Positions 43,777-56,854 of a stretch of DNA of 64,000 bases are shown here, piece by piece. The first letter of the stretch is position 1, and every line of letters begins with the position of its first letter. The notes under the pieces are model-generated. The model did not search any database and was not told the origin of the DNA. It saw nothing but the letters and a program-made list of their open reading frames with translations. Origin of the DNA: Entomortierella parvispora E1425 (taxonomy: Eukaryota > Fungi > Mortierellomycota); contig BQFW01000006.1 in NCBI GenBank assembly GCA_020891255.1, forward strand, positions 1,612,001 through 1,676,000. Direction: 5' to 3'. A program made the position numbers and the translations under genes.

Positions 43777-45171
43777 ATGCCAGAGTACAAGTTCGAAACC
43801 CTCAAGGTCACATTCCCCGCCCCTTTCGTCGCCCATGTCGAACTCAACCGCCCCAAGAAGTTGAATGCCATCGACACAGCCATGTGGGCTGATATCCGCT
43901 CCGTCTTTGATACCCTTAGAGACGATCCCGAGGTCCGTGCCATCGTCCTCTCTGGATCCGGACGCTGCTTCACCAGCGGACTCGATTGTACGTTGAAACT
44001 TGACTGTTGTTTCAATGGTTCAATGGTTCAATCTCGTTGCACCGTTTAGGACGTGGGAACCGTCGGAACCGTCAGTTTCTGACCGGCCCTTCTTTTGCAC
44101 CATAGTGTTTTCCATGAACCTTCCTATTGTCGAGGATGATGCCTCTCGCACTGCCTTCAAGATTCGCCCCTACCTCAGAGTAAGATCAAATTGAAAAAAA
44201 GGGTCCCTTTCAGCTTCGGGTCAATCAATCAATTGGGGGGTTCTGATCTAGATGTGCTCGTTGTGTTTAGAACTTGCAAGCCTCCCTGAGTTCCATTGAG
44301 CTGTGCGACAAGGCCGTTGTTGCTGCGATCCACGGACCCTGCATCGGTGGTGGTATCGATATCACAACCGCCTGTGATATCCGTTATGCCTCCAAGGACG
44401 CTTACTTTTCTGTCAAGGTAAAGAGAACCTGACGCTTATTATTGTTCATGGAATGTACAGCAAACAAGTCCCTGACACGCGAGTTTTCCATGTATTATTT
44501 GGTTTATTAGGAGGTTGACATTGGTCTTGCTGCCGATGTTGGCACTCTCCAGCGCTTGCCCAAGGTTGTCGGTGACGGTAGCTGGGTTCGCGAGCTCTGC
44601 TTGACTGGTCGCAAGTAAGTCACTCTGCCCTCCGATCTGCCCGATCTGTCTGTAGTAGACCATGACTGCAGCCAATCTGATGATTTTTCCATTTTTCTTG
44701 AATAGTTTTGACGCCAAGGAGGCCTTGGAGCACGGCTTCATCTCCAAGCTGGTGGAGGACCCCGCCAAGGTTTTGGCCGAGGCCATTGCCACTGCCACAC
44801 TCATTGCTGAAAAGTCGCCCGTTGCGGCCATTGGCACCAAGTAAGAGAAAATCTCCCAGATTTCTTACATGAAACTCTCAAGTGGTACTAATGTTCCCTA
44901 TTTGCCTTTAATCTAGGCACCTGTTGAACTACTCTCGTGACCACGGTGTCCAAGAGGGTTTGGATTACACTGCGGCATGGAACATGGTCATGTTGACTAC
45001 ACCTGTAAGTGTTTTGATCTTCTCTGTGAGGTGGATTGGTTGAGCTTGCACTGCAGACTGTAGATACGACGCTGAACAACGCGTTTTTTTTACTTCACTG
45101 TGAAATAGGATCTTCCTGCAGCAGCAGCAGCGCACATGCAAAAGACCAAGGCTACGTTCGCCAAGTTGTAG
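43777..45171 (+). CDS. ECH1: Peroxisomal delta(3,5)-delta(2,4)-dienoyl-CoA isomerase
   Basis: Multi-exon. Motifs [37 protein letters not shown] and [21 protein letters not shown]. Ends FAKL-stop (PTS1). Confidence 0.93.
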
Positions 45172-45554
45172 AATAGGGGCAAAGTGCCAAAACAAATGAA
45201 AATCAAACCTGATCGATTGGATCTACGCTCAGGACTGGGTTAGCAAGGCCCACGATCAAAAATACCTTAATTGCTTTTGACCTGGAGAGTGAGAGAGGGG
45301 TTGTGGCAGGTGTAGAAGCAGTGTCACTGCTGTGCAGCGGCGAGTGCGACTGGGAGTTGTTCTTTATTTGCTGTGTGTATGAGATGTGTGAGAGTGAGGG
45401 AATCAGAGACCGAGATGGGCGGATGCACAAACTCAGTTCAGGGAGAAGGGGGTGTACCAGCAGCAATATAGGAGCCACGTCCCAAATGGTCATGTCTGTG
45501 ACGTGGCAACGAAGAAAGAGGCGCCACTGGCACACCTTGCACTGACTACATGTG

Positions 45555-45589
45555 CACTGGCACACTGGCACACTGGCACACTGGCACAC
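45555..45589 (+). repeat. Octamer array (CACTGGCA)4 plus a partial copy
   Basis: Read directly upstream of SEC31, with one more isolated copy near 45527. Confidence 0.9.
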
Positions 45590-46141
45590 CACTCGAGGAC
45601 GACGAACGAGATGGAGCAATGGCGCGTTCTTGACCAGGCCCCTTTCTTTTTTTAATTTTGTCTTCTTCTTCTTCTTTTCCCTTCATCACTCTTTCTCGCT
45701 CTCTCTCCCTCTCCTCTTGTTCTCATCATCATCCCCGTCTTCCTCTTGTTCTTCCCTTGCTGATCTTGTTTGACGCGTTGGATCCGATCAGCTGTAAGCA
45801 TCCAACTCTACCATCCAGCCTAATTCAGTCAGCAGCCCAGGCAATCAATCAGTCGCACGACCAACCATTCATCATCAGCCAAATCTAATCCGACAGTGAC
45901 CATGGAACATTGCAAACACACAGACGCAGACACAGCAGACGGGATGACGGGAAGATACCCTTGATGACCCTGTTGCATGTTTTTCTAACCTCGGTTTTCT
46001 CCTTGTCTGCATGGCCCCTTAGTCTCTCCCTTCGTTATCATCTAAAGCTCAGGAGGACTCTACACACCACTGATCGATCCATCTCCTCTCCCCCTCCCTC
46101 TCACCCCACACACCACTTCATCCACCCCACGCGAGAGCATC

Positions 46142-49100
46142 ATGAGGCAAAAGACCATCTCGAGGACCTCGACCTTTGCCTGGAGCCCAGGCCAGCACCC
46201 ACCTCTGCTCGCTACAGGAACCGTTGCTGGAGCCTTTGATGCCAACTTTTCAAATGCATCCCAGCTCGAGCTTTTTGACCTGAACCTGTCCGACAAATCA
46301 CCCGAGGCGATCGACTTGACACAACCCGCCGGTGTCGTCTCTTGCAATGCTCGGTATCGTGCAACGTTCCCACTTTCGCCCGAAAAATGACATCACAAGG
46401 AGGGACGAAATGAATGGCATATTGACCATTACTGCTACTTTGCATTTAGATTCAACCGCTTGGCATGGGCAAAACCTACAGTTGACCGTCCCTACGGAAT
46501 GATTGCTGGAGGAATGGAAAACGGAGAGCTCAACCTGTGGGATGCCAACGCCATCCTCAATGGAAGGTAGGCGATTGGACCATTGCCAGGAAAAATTGCA
46601 GCAGCTGAGCACCTCATACACGCGGTACTCATCGAGACCGTTACTGTCTTTATCCTATCATCTTATCATATAGCACCGATGTCTTGTTCTCCAAGCAAAA
46701 TAACCACTCTGGTCCTGTCCGCGGCCTGCACTTCAATCCCTTCCAGCAGAACCTTCTTTCTTCAGCTTCAAGCAACGGAGAGGTAACTTCGAGTACCGTC
46801 TTTCATGACAAACAGAGACCAATGTCAACGCCAGCGCGTGGATGAACCAAACGGATGACCACCCTCAACTGCTGCTGACGCTACCGCTGTATTTTTCAAT
46901 AGATTTTCATCTGGGATCTTGGTAACTTGGCCAAGCCTTACACACCAGGCGCAAGGTCCTCAAAGCTTGAAGACATTACCTGTGTTGCATGGAACAACCA
47001 TGTTCAGCACATTTTGGCTACCAGTTCTACAACAGGATACACCGTCGTCTGGGATCTCAAATCCAAGAGAGAGGTCCTTACTCTCTCGTACCCTGGCGCT
47101 AGTGTCGGAGGTATGGGAAGCATGGGTAACTTGGGACAGGCCAGCCGTCGCGGAATCACAGCCATCGCATGGAACCCAGATGTCGTAAGTTTATCAGTGC
47201 AGTTGCCAGCAAGTTCAAGAAGCACGATGCCTTGTCGTTAATCTAACGTGATTTCCTCTGAACTAGGCCACTCAAATCATCACCGCTACTGAGGATGACA
47301 ACAACCCTGTAATTTTGGTCTGGGATCTTCGCTATGCTCATGCCCCAGAAAAGGTACCATTTCTTACCAATGAATAACTGATTGTCATTGACGCGCAAGT
47401 CCAAACGCTGATCACTGTTTTCATTTTTAAACTATCGTGTCAAAAGACTCTCACAGGACACACCAAAGGAATCTTGTCATTGTCATGGTGCCAACAAGAT
47501 TCCGAGCTTTTGCTCTCAGCCGGCAAGGATTGCCGCTCGCTCTGCTGGAATCCCAAGTCTGGAGAGATCATTGGCGAGGTAGGTTTTTTCCGGATTTTCT
47601 GCAAATCTCACTGCTGTTGTCGGTGACTCTAACGTGCCTCCACTCCTGGCCCCCCTGTAGCTTCCTCAAAGCTCGAACTGGACATTTGACATTGACTGGT
47701 GCCCCCGCAACCCAGATTTGTTGGCCTCGGCCTCGTTCGATGGAAAGGTTAGTATTGGATAATGAATCCTGGTAGCTTCGGTTCTAAAAGCAGCGACTTA
47801 TATTCCTTTTTATACGCTCATTAGATCAATGTCCACTCTATTCAATCGACCCATGAGACAGAGCCTGCTGCCGCTAGTCATGTTCACCAGGAGTCTCATG
47901 ACCCATTCGCAGCACCACAGTACCCTTCTCAAAGCACCAGTGGCACCATTTCATTGAAGCAGCCCCCAAAGTGGCTTCGCAGACCAGTGGGAGCAACTTT
48001 TGGATTCGGAGGAAAGCTCGCCATCTTCAGGAACAAGCCAGCACCTCCACTGAACCTTCCACCAGGTGCACCCGCTCCTGTTGGCGTGCCTACAATCATC
48101 TCATCAGTGACATTGGTGGATGTGGTTACTGAGCCTGAGCTGATTCAAAGGGCAGCCGACCTCGAACTTGCCTTGGAGCAAAAGACCTTGGACAAGTTCT
48201 GTGAGGCCCGTAGCCAGACCAACCTCCCTACCTCAGAATACTGGAGCGTTTTGCGTGCTCTTTTTGAGGCCAATCCTCGCGAGCAACTGGTTCACCACCT
48301 TGGTTTCGATAAGCAGGAGATGGTTGATCAGGTCGCTGCCTTGACTCGCCAGATGAGCATTAGCAGTAACCCTTCAGTGACCTCGCCCGCTGTTGAGGCT
48401 CTTCAAAACCAGCGTGGATCAACTGCAGAGATGAATGCGCTGTTCTCGGCAGGAGGTCACGATCAACAGACCGCGGAGGACACTTTTAGCGGATACCCAG
48501 CTGGACCTGTTTCGACCGAGTTCAAGCCCAAGCCCTTGGACCCATTCCAGATCTACCCTGATTCAGACACGGATATCGACAAAAAGATCACTCGCTGCAT
48601 CGTTGCTGGCGATTTCGACTCGGCTGTCAATGTCTGTCTTCATGATGGTCGTCTTTCGGATGCTCTTGTCCTCGCTATCTGCGGAGGCCCCGAGCTCTTG
48701 GAGCGTACTCAGCGTGCCTACTTTGAACGCCGCGCTGCTTCAACTCCCTACATCCGACTCTTGCAGAGCGTCGTCACTGGTGATCTTGAAGATGTTGTCC
48801 GCAACGCTGATTTGGCTGACTGGCAGGAGATCGTCGTTATTTTGTGCACTTTTGCTCGCCCTGACGAGTTTGGAAAGCTGTGCGAGTCCCTTGGTAACAG
48901 ACTCGAGCAACAATGGATCAAGAAGGCCGAGACTGGAGAGGCCGCTGATGAACTCCGCGGTAATACTGTCCTCTGCTACTTGGCTGCCGGTAACTTGGAG
49001 CGCGTCGTGGCCATCTGGATCCGGGAACAGGAGGAAGAGAATGCTCAGCAGATTTACAGCCCTACCGGTGCGTCCGATTACGAGCGTAATGCTCGTTCGC

Positions 49101-50388
49101 TTCAGGCCTTTATCGAGAAGGTGACTGTCTTCCGCAAGGCCATTGACTACGTGGATGTCGCTATTGCTGGCAACCCCAACGAGGATCAACCTGAGGAGCA
49201 GGATGGTCACCACAAGCTGGCTGCATTGTACGACAAGTACACCGAGTACGCAGAGATCATGGCTGCTCAAGGTCGCCTTTCGACTGCCATCGAGTACTTG
49301 AACTTGACTCCAGTCGACTACCGCAACCACGACTCTCTTGCTGTGATGCGCGACAGATTGTATCACTCTGGCGTGGATGTGGGCAAGATCCCTGCCCCTG
49401 AGTTCCCTTTCGAGCCCGTGTACGTGATGGCCGAGGGCGAGTTCCAGCAGCAACATCAGCAGCAGCAGTACCAACAACAGCTCCAGCAGCAACAACAGCA
49501 GCAACAGCAGCAATATGGTCAACAGCAGCAGCATCAGCCACTGCAGCAACAGGGTTACCAGCACAACCAATACCAGCCTCAGCAGCAGCAACAACAACAG
49601 CAGTACCAGCCCAACCAGTACCAACCTGTTCAGAACAACTACGGTGCCGCCCAAAGCAGCCCCTATGGAGTTCCCGCTGCCTCGCCCTTTGGTAATGTCG
49701 GTTATAACAATGCTGGATACCAGCAGCAGCCTCCCCCACCCCAGCCCCTGGCGCCTCCCCCAACCCAGTTCAAGCCCCCTCAGCAGAACGACTACCGTCC
49801 ACCTCAACCCCCAGTGGCAAACGCCCAAGTTCCTGCTGTCCCAGCCTATGGAGGTTATGCTCAGCCTGCGGCACCACCAACCTTCAATCAGCCAGGATTC
49901 CCAGCTCAGAACGACACTGGATACAGTGGTCTCTACAACCAGCAGCAGGCTGCTCCAGTGGAGAGAACCCGATCCGCCGAGCTCCCACCATCTCAGCGTA
50001 AGGACACTGGCAACTGGAACGACCCCCCAGCCGTCCCTATCCCCAACGCCACCCGCCGCCCCGCAGCAGCAGCAGCAGCACTCAACAAGGCTCAGTTCAA
50101 CTCGCCTTTCCCTGGTAGCCCAGCTGTCGGAAACAACCCTATGGGTGGCACTCCACCACCTCCCCAGGCCGCGTATGGTCAGCCTCCTCAGCCATCCACG
50201 TTGCCACCTCCACCCATGATGGGCGCCCGTGCTCCACCCCCAGCGGTTTCTTCCCCCTACTCCCCTGTCCCAGCAGCCTCGCACTTGCCTCCTCCACCTC
50301 CCACTAATGCCGGAGGTGCCATGTCTCCCCGTTACGCTAACCAGCGCCCTCAACAGCCTGGATTCCAGAACTTTGGAAACCAACCAGG

Positions 50389-50420
<32 letters not shown>

Positions 50421-51177
50421 CCTATGGACAGCCCGGCCAGCAACAACAGCAGCAGCCTTACCAGCAACAGCCACAACAGGGCTATGGCCAGCAGTCCCCC
50501 AGCCCTAACCCCTATGCTCCTCAACAGAATGCAGGACCCATGGGAGGCATGGCCAGTGGAATGCCCCAGGTGCTTCAGCAGCGACCTTTGACCCCTGCTG
50601 CACCCCCAACTCCCCCAGAGCCTGTCAAGTCAAGACATCGTAAGTTATATGATAGTTGAGAAGCCGCAGTGTCGCAACCGTGACTAGAAGTATTGACGCC
50701 CCTTTTGTTTTCTTGTTACGCCACAGCCGCAGGAGATAGGACCCACATTCCCGCAGGACAAAAGTTGATTTACTCTGTGCTTGCCAGCGAATTGGCCCTT
50801 GCTCGTCAATACGCCACTGTAGGTTGAAGCGACCGCAGTTTATCCATGAATTTATTGTTTTTTTTCCTTGCAGAGAGGAAAGGATGCTGACCAAAACACG
50901 ACATTTATTTTTGAAATGCCATTAGCCTGCAGCCAAGAGACCATTGGACGATGCGGAAAAGAAGCTGAACGTTTTGTTTGACATGTTGAACAATGAGGAG
51001 GTGTCTGCACCTGTAGTGGATCAGATGCTCCTGTTGGCCCAAGCACTTCAGGCCAAGAACTATAACTCTGCATACCAAATCCACCTGGAGCTTCATTCGA
51101 CCCGTACAGATGAAGTCTCGAGCTGGATGACAGGTGTGAAGCGTCTGATCGTGGATAATGCAAGGATCGTTCAATAG
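46142..51177 (+). CDS. SEC31: COPII outer coat protein Sec31
   Basis: N-terminal WD40 ([25 protein letters not shown]), [22 protein letters not shown], alpha-solenoid, Pro/Gln-rich region, and C-terminal [14 protein letters not shown] domain. Multi-exon. Confidence 0.96.
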
Positions 51178-51705
51178 AAGGAACCAAATCCGACTCTCTT
51201 GCCCCCACTATATGACCCCCCCCCCCCTTTGAAAAGTTTTTGTAACGACGTGAAGTGAACGCTATGGAAAAAAAGGTGTTATCGAACCGACCAGATGGTT
51301 ATACTTGCTTACGGAATAAAGGCAGCCCCTTTCATCACAGAACGGACCAATGTCTACAAACCTTGTTGGAAGTAAACAAAGAGATGGGAATGTCAGTATG
51401 GAACAGAGCCGTCCTGTGAACGGAAAAGAAAAAAACAGTCGATAACGTTCTTAACTGGTTGAGACGTCAATCGAAAAGTACGCGTCTCACCCATAGACTG
51501 GAACCGGGAAATCTCTTTTCAAGGAAAAATATATGGGAAGGATGGGGCGCACGGTCCTCGTTATTGAACGATTTATAAAGGACAGGCAGCCCCCTCTCTT
51601 TCCTCATCCCCCAAGATACATACATACATACATCAACACACTCTCTTGCAAACTCGCTTCACCACCACTACCACCACCACCACCACCACTCAAAACAATA
51701 CTACC

Positions 51706-52467
51706 ATGGCATCTCAACCAGCTCAGGATATGGTCGGCAAAGTCGCGTTCATCACCGGCTCTGCTAAGAACATGGGCAAGCACTTTGCCATTGCTCTGGC
51801 CAGGCGTGGGTGTGACATTGTGATCCACCACCGCAAGGATGTAGCTGAGGCCGATAAGACGGCCCGGGAGATCCAGTCGCTCGGTCGTAGGACGTTGATT
51901 GTCCAGGGAGATCTCACGTCCGTCTCTGTGATTGAGCAGATCTTTGCCCAGATCAAGGCGACGTTTGGTCATTTCGATATTGTGATCAACAATGCAGGTG
52001 TGGTCCTCAAGAAGCCCATGACCCAGATCTCGGAGGCAGAGTACGATTCCGTCTTTGCGATCAATGCCAAGGTGCCTTTCTTTATTATGAAGGAGTGTGC
52101 CAAGGGCATGGCCGATAACGGACGTGTGATCAACATTGGTACGACCTTGTTGGCGATCACGACCGGTGAGTATTCGGCGTACGCTGGATCCAAGGCGCCC
52201 TTGGAGGATTTCACCAGGGCTTTGGCCAAGGAGGCCGGTGCCCGTGGTATCACCGTCAACACGATCGCGCCCGGTCCCATCGACACTCCCTTCTTCTATG
52301 GACAGGAGACCAAGGAGTCGACCCAGCTGTTTGCGTCCTTGTCGGTGGCGAACCGCTTGGGTGATGTCAAGGACATTGTGCCCGTGGTCGAGTTCATTGC
52401 CTCGCCTGCCGCTCAGTGGATCACTGCCCAGACCATCTTTGTCAACGGTGGTGTCACTGCCCGTTAA
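51706..52467 (+). CDS. Classical short-chain dehydrogenase/reductase (253 aa), bacterial-like
   Basis: Intronless. Motifs TGSAKNMG, NNAG, YAGSK (YxxxK), PGPIDTPFF and QTIFVNGG. Confidence 0.92.
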   Translation: MASQPAQDMVGKVAFITGSAKNMGKHFAIALARRGCDIVIHHRKDVAEADKTAREIQSLGRRTLIVQGDLTSVSVIEQIFAQIKATFGHFDIVINNAGVVLKKPMTQISEAEYDSVFAINAKVPFFIMKECAKGMADNGRVINIGTTLLAITTGEYSAYAGSKAPLEDFTRALAKEAGARGITVNTIAPGPIDTPFFYGQETKESTQLFASLSVANRLGDVKDIVPVVEFIASPAAQWITAQTIFVNGGVTAR

Positions 52468-52939
52468 GGAGGATGACCTCTTTTTTTCTCGCAACGAAAG
52501 CCAATCTCTCTCTTTCTCTCCCCTTACGACCGTGTACAGACTGTTATGCTTATGATTACGACTCTAATGTGCTCATGAAATAATGAAAGATAGCAAATAA
52601 GGAAGCAAGGAAGCAAAGAAAGAAAGAAAGAAAGAAGAAGAGCTCATTTCAACCCAGCTCTTTTAGTTGCAAAATAAAGAATAAAAATAAAAAACCTCGA
52701 CTAATTTAGTCGTCATCCATTGGTGGCCAGTCCTATGACTTTGTGTGCCTTTCCTTTGCGCACGTTCGAACCCCCCTCGGCTTGGCTTCTTTGCCCCCTG
52801 TTTGCATGCTTCCTCCTTGATCACTCTGTTCATTCACTTCATTTCCCCTGCTCTTGTCATTCCTCTGCACCACCCGTTCCCCATCCGCATCCTCCTTTGC
52901 GCCATCAGCACTCGTGCATTCTAGAACGTATTTATAGCC

Positions 52940-55035
52940 ATGGGTAAAGACGCGCCGACTCTTTTGTTCTTTCCTTTTGACCACACAAACGTCGCGTCTA
53001 AAAGGGTCCAACAACGTCTTCTTCGATAGGGTCGCAAACCAGTAAGCAGGATCCAGCCATCGATGCATGTTTACTGGATTTCCCCGAGAATGAACGCACG
53101 CATGTTCTCGCCCTCTTTGACAAACTCGTGGCCGCCTCCAAGACTACCGATGACGACGAAAGACATCATAAAGGAGCCGACGAGGATTCGATTGACCCGC
53201 AACATTTCACCGCCTACTTCAATCCTTTGCTCCCACCGACGCTCCTGACCTGTTTTAGGGTCACGATGCAACTCCATTCCTCTATCCACGTCCATAAGCC
53301 CAGCGAGGATATCTCCGCAATGGACCCCAATACCCTCGGCGGGAGCGCTGCTCTTCAAAGCGGGACCGCTAGTGGAGGTGGCAGTGCTGCCAAGAGTCAA
53401 CGAAGAAGTGCCATGAGACGGTCGACCTCGGTCGATTCTGGATCTCGCATCTCGAAATATGGCTGGGTCATGACGATCCATCGACTGTCCAAGACCAGCA
53501 TCGAGGAGCAGGCTGGACTGAGTTTCATGCTGCAGACCCATGATCGGTCTCTGGAGAGCTTTGTTGCGAATGTGACGAGGGCCGTAATGGCCTTTTGGTT
53601 GGCGGGCGAGGTCAAATCATGGAGAGACATCCCAGAGAAGGATATGGAGACAACGGCCGAGTTTTTGTTGACACGACAACTGCAGCAGCAGCAGGAGCAG
53701 CAGCAGGGCTTGACGGAACTAGACGATGATTTCGGAACGGCGTCGTCCTCACCAAAGTCGACGCGTGCGATGGCGGCTCAGGAGTGGCTAGAGTCGGCTC
53801 AAAAGCGAGACAAGAATGGAAACCCCAGCACCAAGGAACTGAGTCGATCGGCCTTTTTGAACTGGTACCAAAAGACGGTCGAGTATCAGATCCTGTTTAC
53901 AATCTTGATCCAGAATCTCTTTTTGGGTCCTTCAACCTTGGTCGAGACAAAGAAAGGCGACACAGAGGGCACAGGCGCGGGGAAGAGGATCAAGATGGAA
54001 CCCGAGCTGGAGAATCGCCTGTTGCAAAAGAACTATATTGCACCCAGAATCAAAGGGGGCTTGGATGTGGCCCCTCATTACTCGCGACTGTTGTCGGTGG
54101 TCGATTTCTTTCAGCTGCGATATGCTTTGCCTTCACCTGCCTACAGTATGAATCCTTCCTTTGGATCGACGAAAAAGCAAGGGAATTCGTCAGGGACCTC
54201 GGCTGGAGGTGGTATGGACCCGGCCATGGGATCTGAATCCAGTCGGGCATGCCCTCCCTTGCGACTCTTGTTCTCCTCCAAGACCTCTGGAGCTTCATTC
54301 TCGACCCTATTGCAAAAGATCATGTACCAGGGACCGACATTGGTGGTCATGAAAGATGAGGACGGCTATATCTTTGGAGCGTACGCGGATCAGGATTGGG
54401 AGCAGGGACCGAAGTTCTTTGGAACGGACAGGAGCTTTTTGTTCTCGATTCGACCCAAGTTGCGGATCTATCGGCCGAGTCGCGTAAACAACAATTTCCA
54501 GTACCTGGATTCGGGCACCAAGACTCTTCCTAATGGTAACGAGGCGCTGCGTTGAAGAAAAGAAAAGGCCTTTTCATTGTTGCCGATGCGTGGATGAACT
54601 AACTCATTGTTATTTTGACAATGTCCCCCCTGCAGGGATGGGTTTTGGAGGCCAGCTGCGCTACTTTGGACTGTGGCTGGCAAGTGATTTTCAGTCGGGA
54701 CAATCTGCTGCTGAACCGCTCTGCTCGACCTATCAGTCTCCTCGACTTTCCAAGCAGCAAAATTTCAAGTTGGATGAGATGGAAGGTAAGGTGTTGATCT
54801 CGATTCCGGTCGGGATAAAAAAAAAACTCTCAAAAAAAAACCTGGGCTAACATTTTATTGTGGGTATCCAAATCTAGTGTGGCAAGTGCACCCATCCGTA
54901 ATGGAAAGACCTGATTCACCCAAGAATTCGGCCATGGACGCTCACCCAGATGCCGTCGCGCTTTTGGAGATGGCCAACCGAAAGATGTACTCGAAGGATG
55001 TGCGGGCTCCAGAGAATCATTATGATAGCGACTAG
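52940..55035 (+). CDS. TLDc-domain protein (Rtc5/MEAK7-like) with predicted N-myristoylation
   Basis: Exons 52940-52943, 53030-54535, 54636-54785 and 54878-55035 give MGSQTSK at the N-terminus. TLDc motifs LLFSSKTSGASFS, GYIFGAY, FFGTDRSFLF, GMGFGG and LDEMEVW. Confidence 0.85.
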
Positions 55036-55167
55036 ATTAAACCAGGATGCATTCTCGGAGAACGCAAAGCGAAACATCTTCAGAGGGAGCGTATAAAGAG
55101 TTCATACAAATCGTATTTATGAGATTGTATTTTGGGATCACGGACTACATATCTGTGGGATGGGGTC

Positions 55168-56854
55168 TCATTCGCAAGCCAGTTTGGCGTCAAAGCTCGT
55201 AAGTGCAAACGCAAACGCTTGGAATGGGGTCATGGGGTATTGGCAATCCATGGTGAATGTATCCTGCGAGGTCCTTCCGAACTGCATGATGATATAGTCC
55301 ACTAATAAAACCAACGTGAGTAAAGGTTAGTCCTGGAACAGCAGCGTACGAAAGCTGCAACTCAATCGGTCTCCCTTTAAGATATTGTCCTTACAGTCAT
55401 TGTCATGAACAATTTGAAAATTTTTGACAGACGCCAATGTCACCCGCCCGCCAAAGTTGAGGACGAAGGAGTTGGTGTCTATAGAGGGGAAAGAAGAAGT
55501 CAAAAGGTGTCAGACGATACCCCTCCACAGGGACGAAATTTCCTTCCTTTCCTATGAGGAACGTAGCGTAATACCGTCGTTCCACTGTGGACTCTTGTTC
55601 CTGAGGACGAGTAGATCTGACATGTCCCCGTCAGTCATGCGACCAATCAACGTGTCTTTGACCAAAGTTGGCCTCCGCTCCGCCATTTCTCCGTCAATGG
55701 TCATGGTATTCATGAGAATGGTCATCTTTCTAGGTCCTTTGAGCCCCAAGACGTTTGGATTCTAAATTTCGAGGCACAATGAATGATTGAGTTCACAGCT
55801 TGCTACATTTTATCATCCTGCCTGGCTGACTTTTTCTTCTCTCTCGCTGAGCCCACAACAAACTTACGTAGATAACGGCGCCAAGTTCTTGTCGCACTGG
55901 CACATGGTTGCCCTCCTTTTCTTCGTTCAAGTTTCCGTCCTCCTCAAAGTCATGATGGCGTTGGTGGCTCGAGTCCACTCCGCCCCCTCCACTACCAGAA
56001 AAAGGGTTCCGTCCATTGGAATAGACATTAAAGGCCGTTCCCAAAAAGTTGGACCTCAGTTTCCCCAATACACCATACTGGGTATCTGTAGCCTTCCGGT
56101 CATGAAAGTCGTTCGAAGAAGCCCCTCCAGATCCTGGACTAGTTCCATTTGGATTCATACTTTCCGCGCTCTCACTGGTGATGGCATAGTAGGATCCTCG
56201 ACTCCGCTTCTTCTTGGCGGCCCTCAGAAGAAACACGCTCCGTGGTCTTTCGGGGTCCTCTAGTGAAAGCTCGTAGGTCGGATAGAGTCGCCTGTCCATG
56301 CCCTCGTTCTTTCGTACAATCACACACATAAACTTTTTACCCTGCGGTACAGGCCTAGAAGGATGGATTGAGGTCAGTCAGACTGAATCAAGTGGGTTCT
56401 TTCTCCGTCTTTTCCTTCACACAGAAAAAACAAATAGCGGGAGTCGCTCCAGAAAGCGCAAAACAAAAAAAAAACAAGAACATTACGACATGAGGGTATC
56501 GTGCAGGAGCTTGGGGGTCATTAGATCCAGCTGAGGCCCAAAGCTGAACTGGGGTGTATTGTGGGCTGTAGGCTGGTTAATGATATAAGGCTCCGGGAGC
56601 GGAGACGGTGCTGGGTTGATTAGAGCTTCTGGCTGACCTGCCCCCGTGTCCTCGTCGTCTAGGTTGCTAGAATCTTGGCGAGCGGCAGCGGTTGGGTTGG
56701 GAGGGGTGTGGGGTTGGTAGTCAGAGTTGAGACTATCGCCATGGTTGTGGCCATGGGAAGAAGCGTCCGGGTGGTGGTGGTGACTGAACGCGCTTGCGCT
56801 TGTCCCACCGCTCGGGTACGCGTGAGCATTCCGTTGCTGTGGGTGATGAGCCAT
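55168..56854 (-). CDS. Tubby family protein
   Basis: Motifs [52 protein letters not shown] and MQFGR, with the diagnostic FDAKLACE-stop. Multi-exon. Confidence 0.92.

Noticed and set aside
8497-45171. Apparent enrichment of peroxisome-related genes (two PTS1 enzymes, TMEM135, MDV1/CAF4, ECH1)
   Set aside because: They are spread over 37 kb among unrelated housekeeping genes. Only the adjacent divergent pair is supported as a cluster.
49441-49620. Regular CAG/CAA repeats (also at 27140, 38990 and 50390) considered as a repeat array
   Set aside because: They are in-frame poly-Gln coding tracts, not spacer-repeat or CRISPR structure.
48740-50524. 594-aa ORF antisense to SEC31
   Set aside because: It is a shadow of the CAG/CCN-rich sense codons (poly-Leu from poly-Gln) and has no domain.
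52465-52480. Stop-codon readthrough or cryptic PTS1 extensions, checked after the SDR stop and also after ALO, COA8 and MIR1
   Set aside because: No TGA-CTA readthrough context or in-frame SKL-like extension was seen.
51604-52494. 296-aa ORF antisense to the SDR
   Set aside because: Stop-free antisense frames are common opposite GC3-rich SDR genes, and it has no independent motif.
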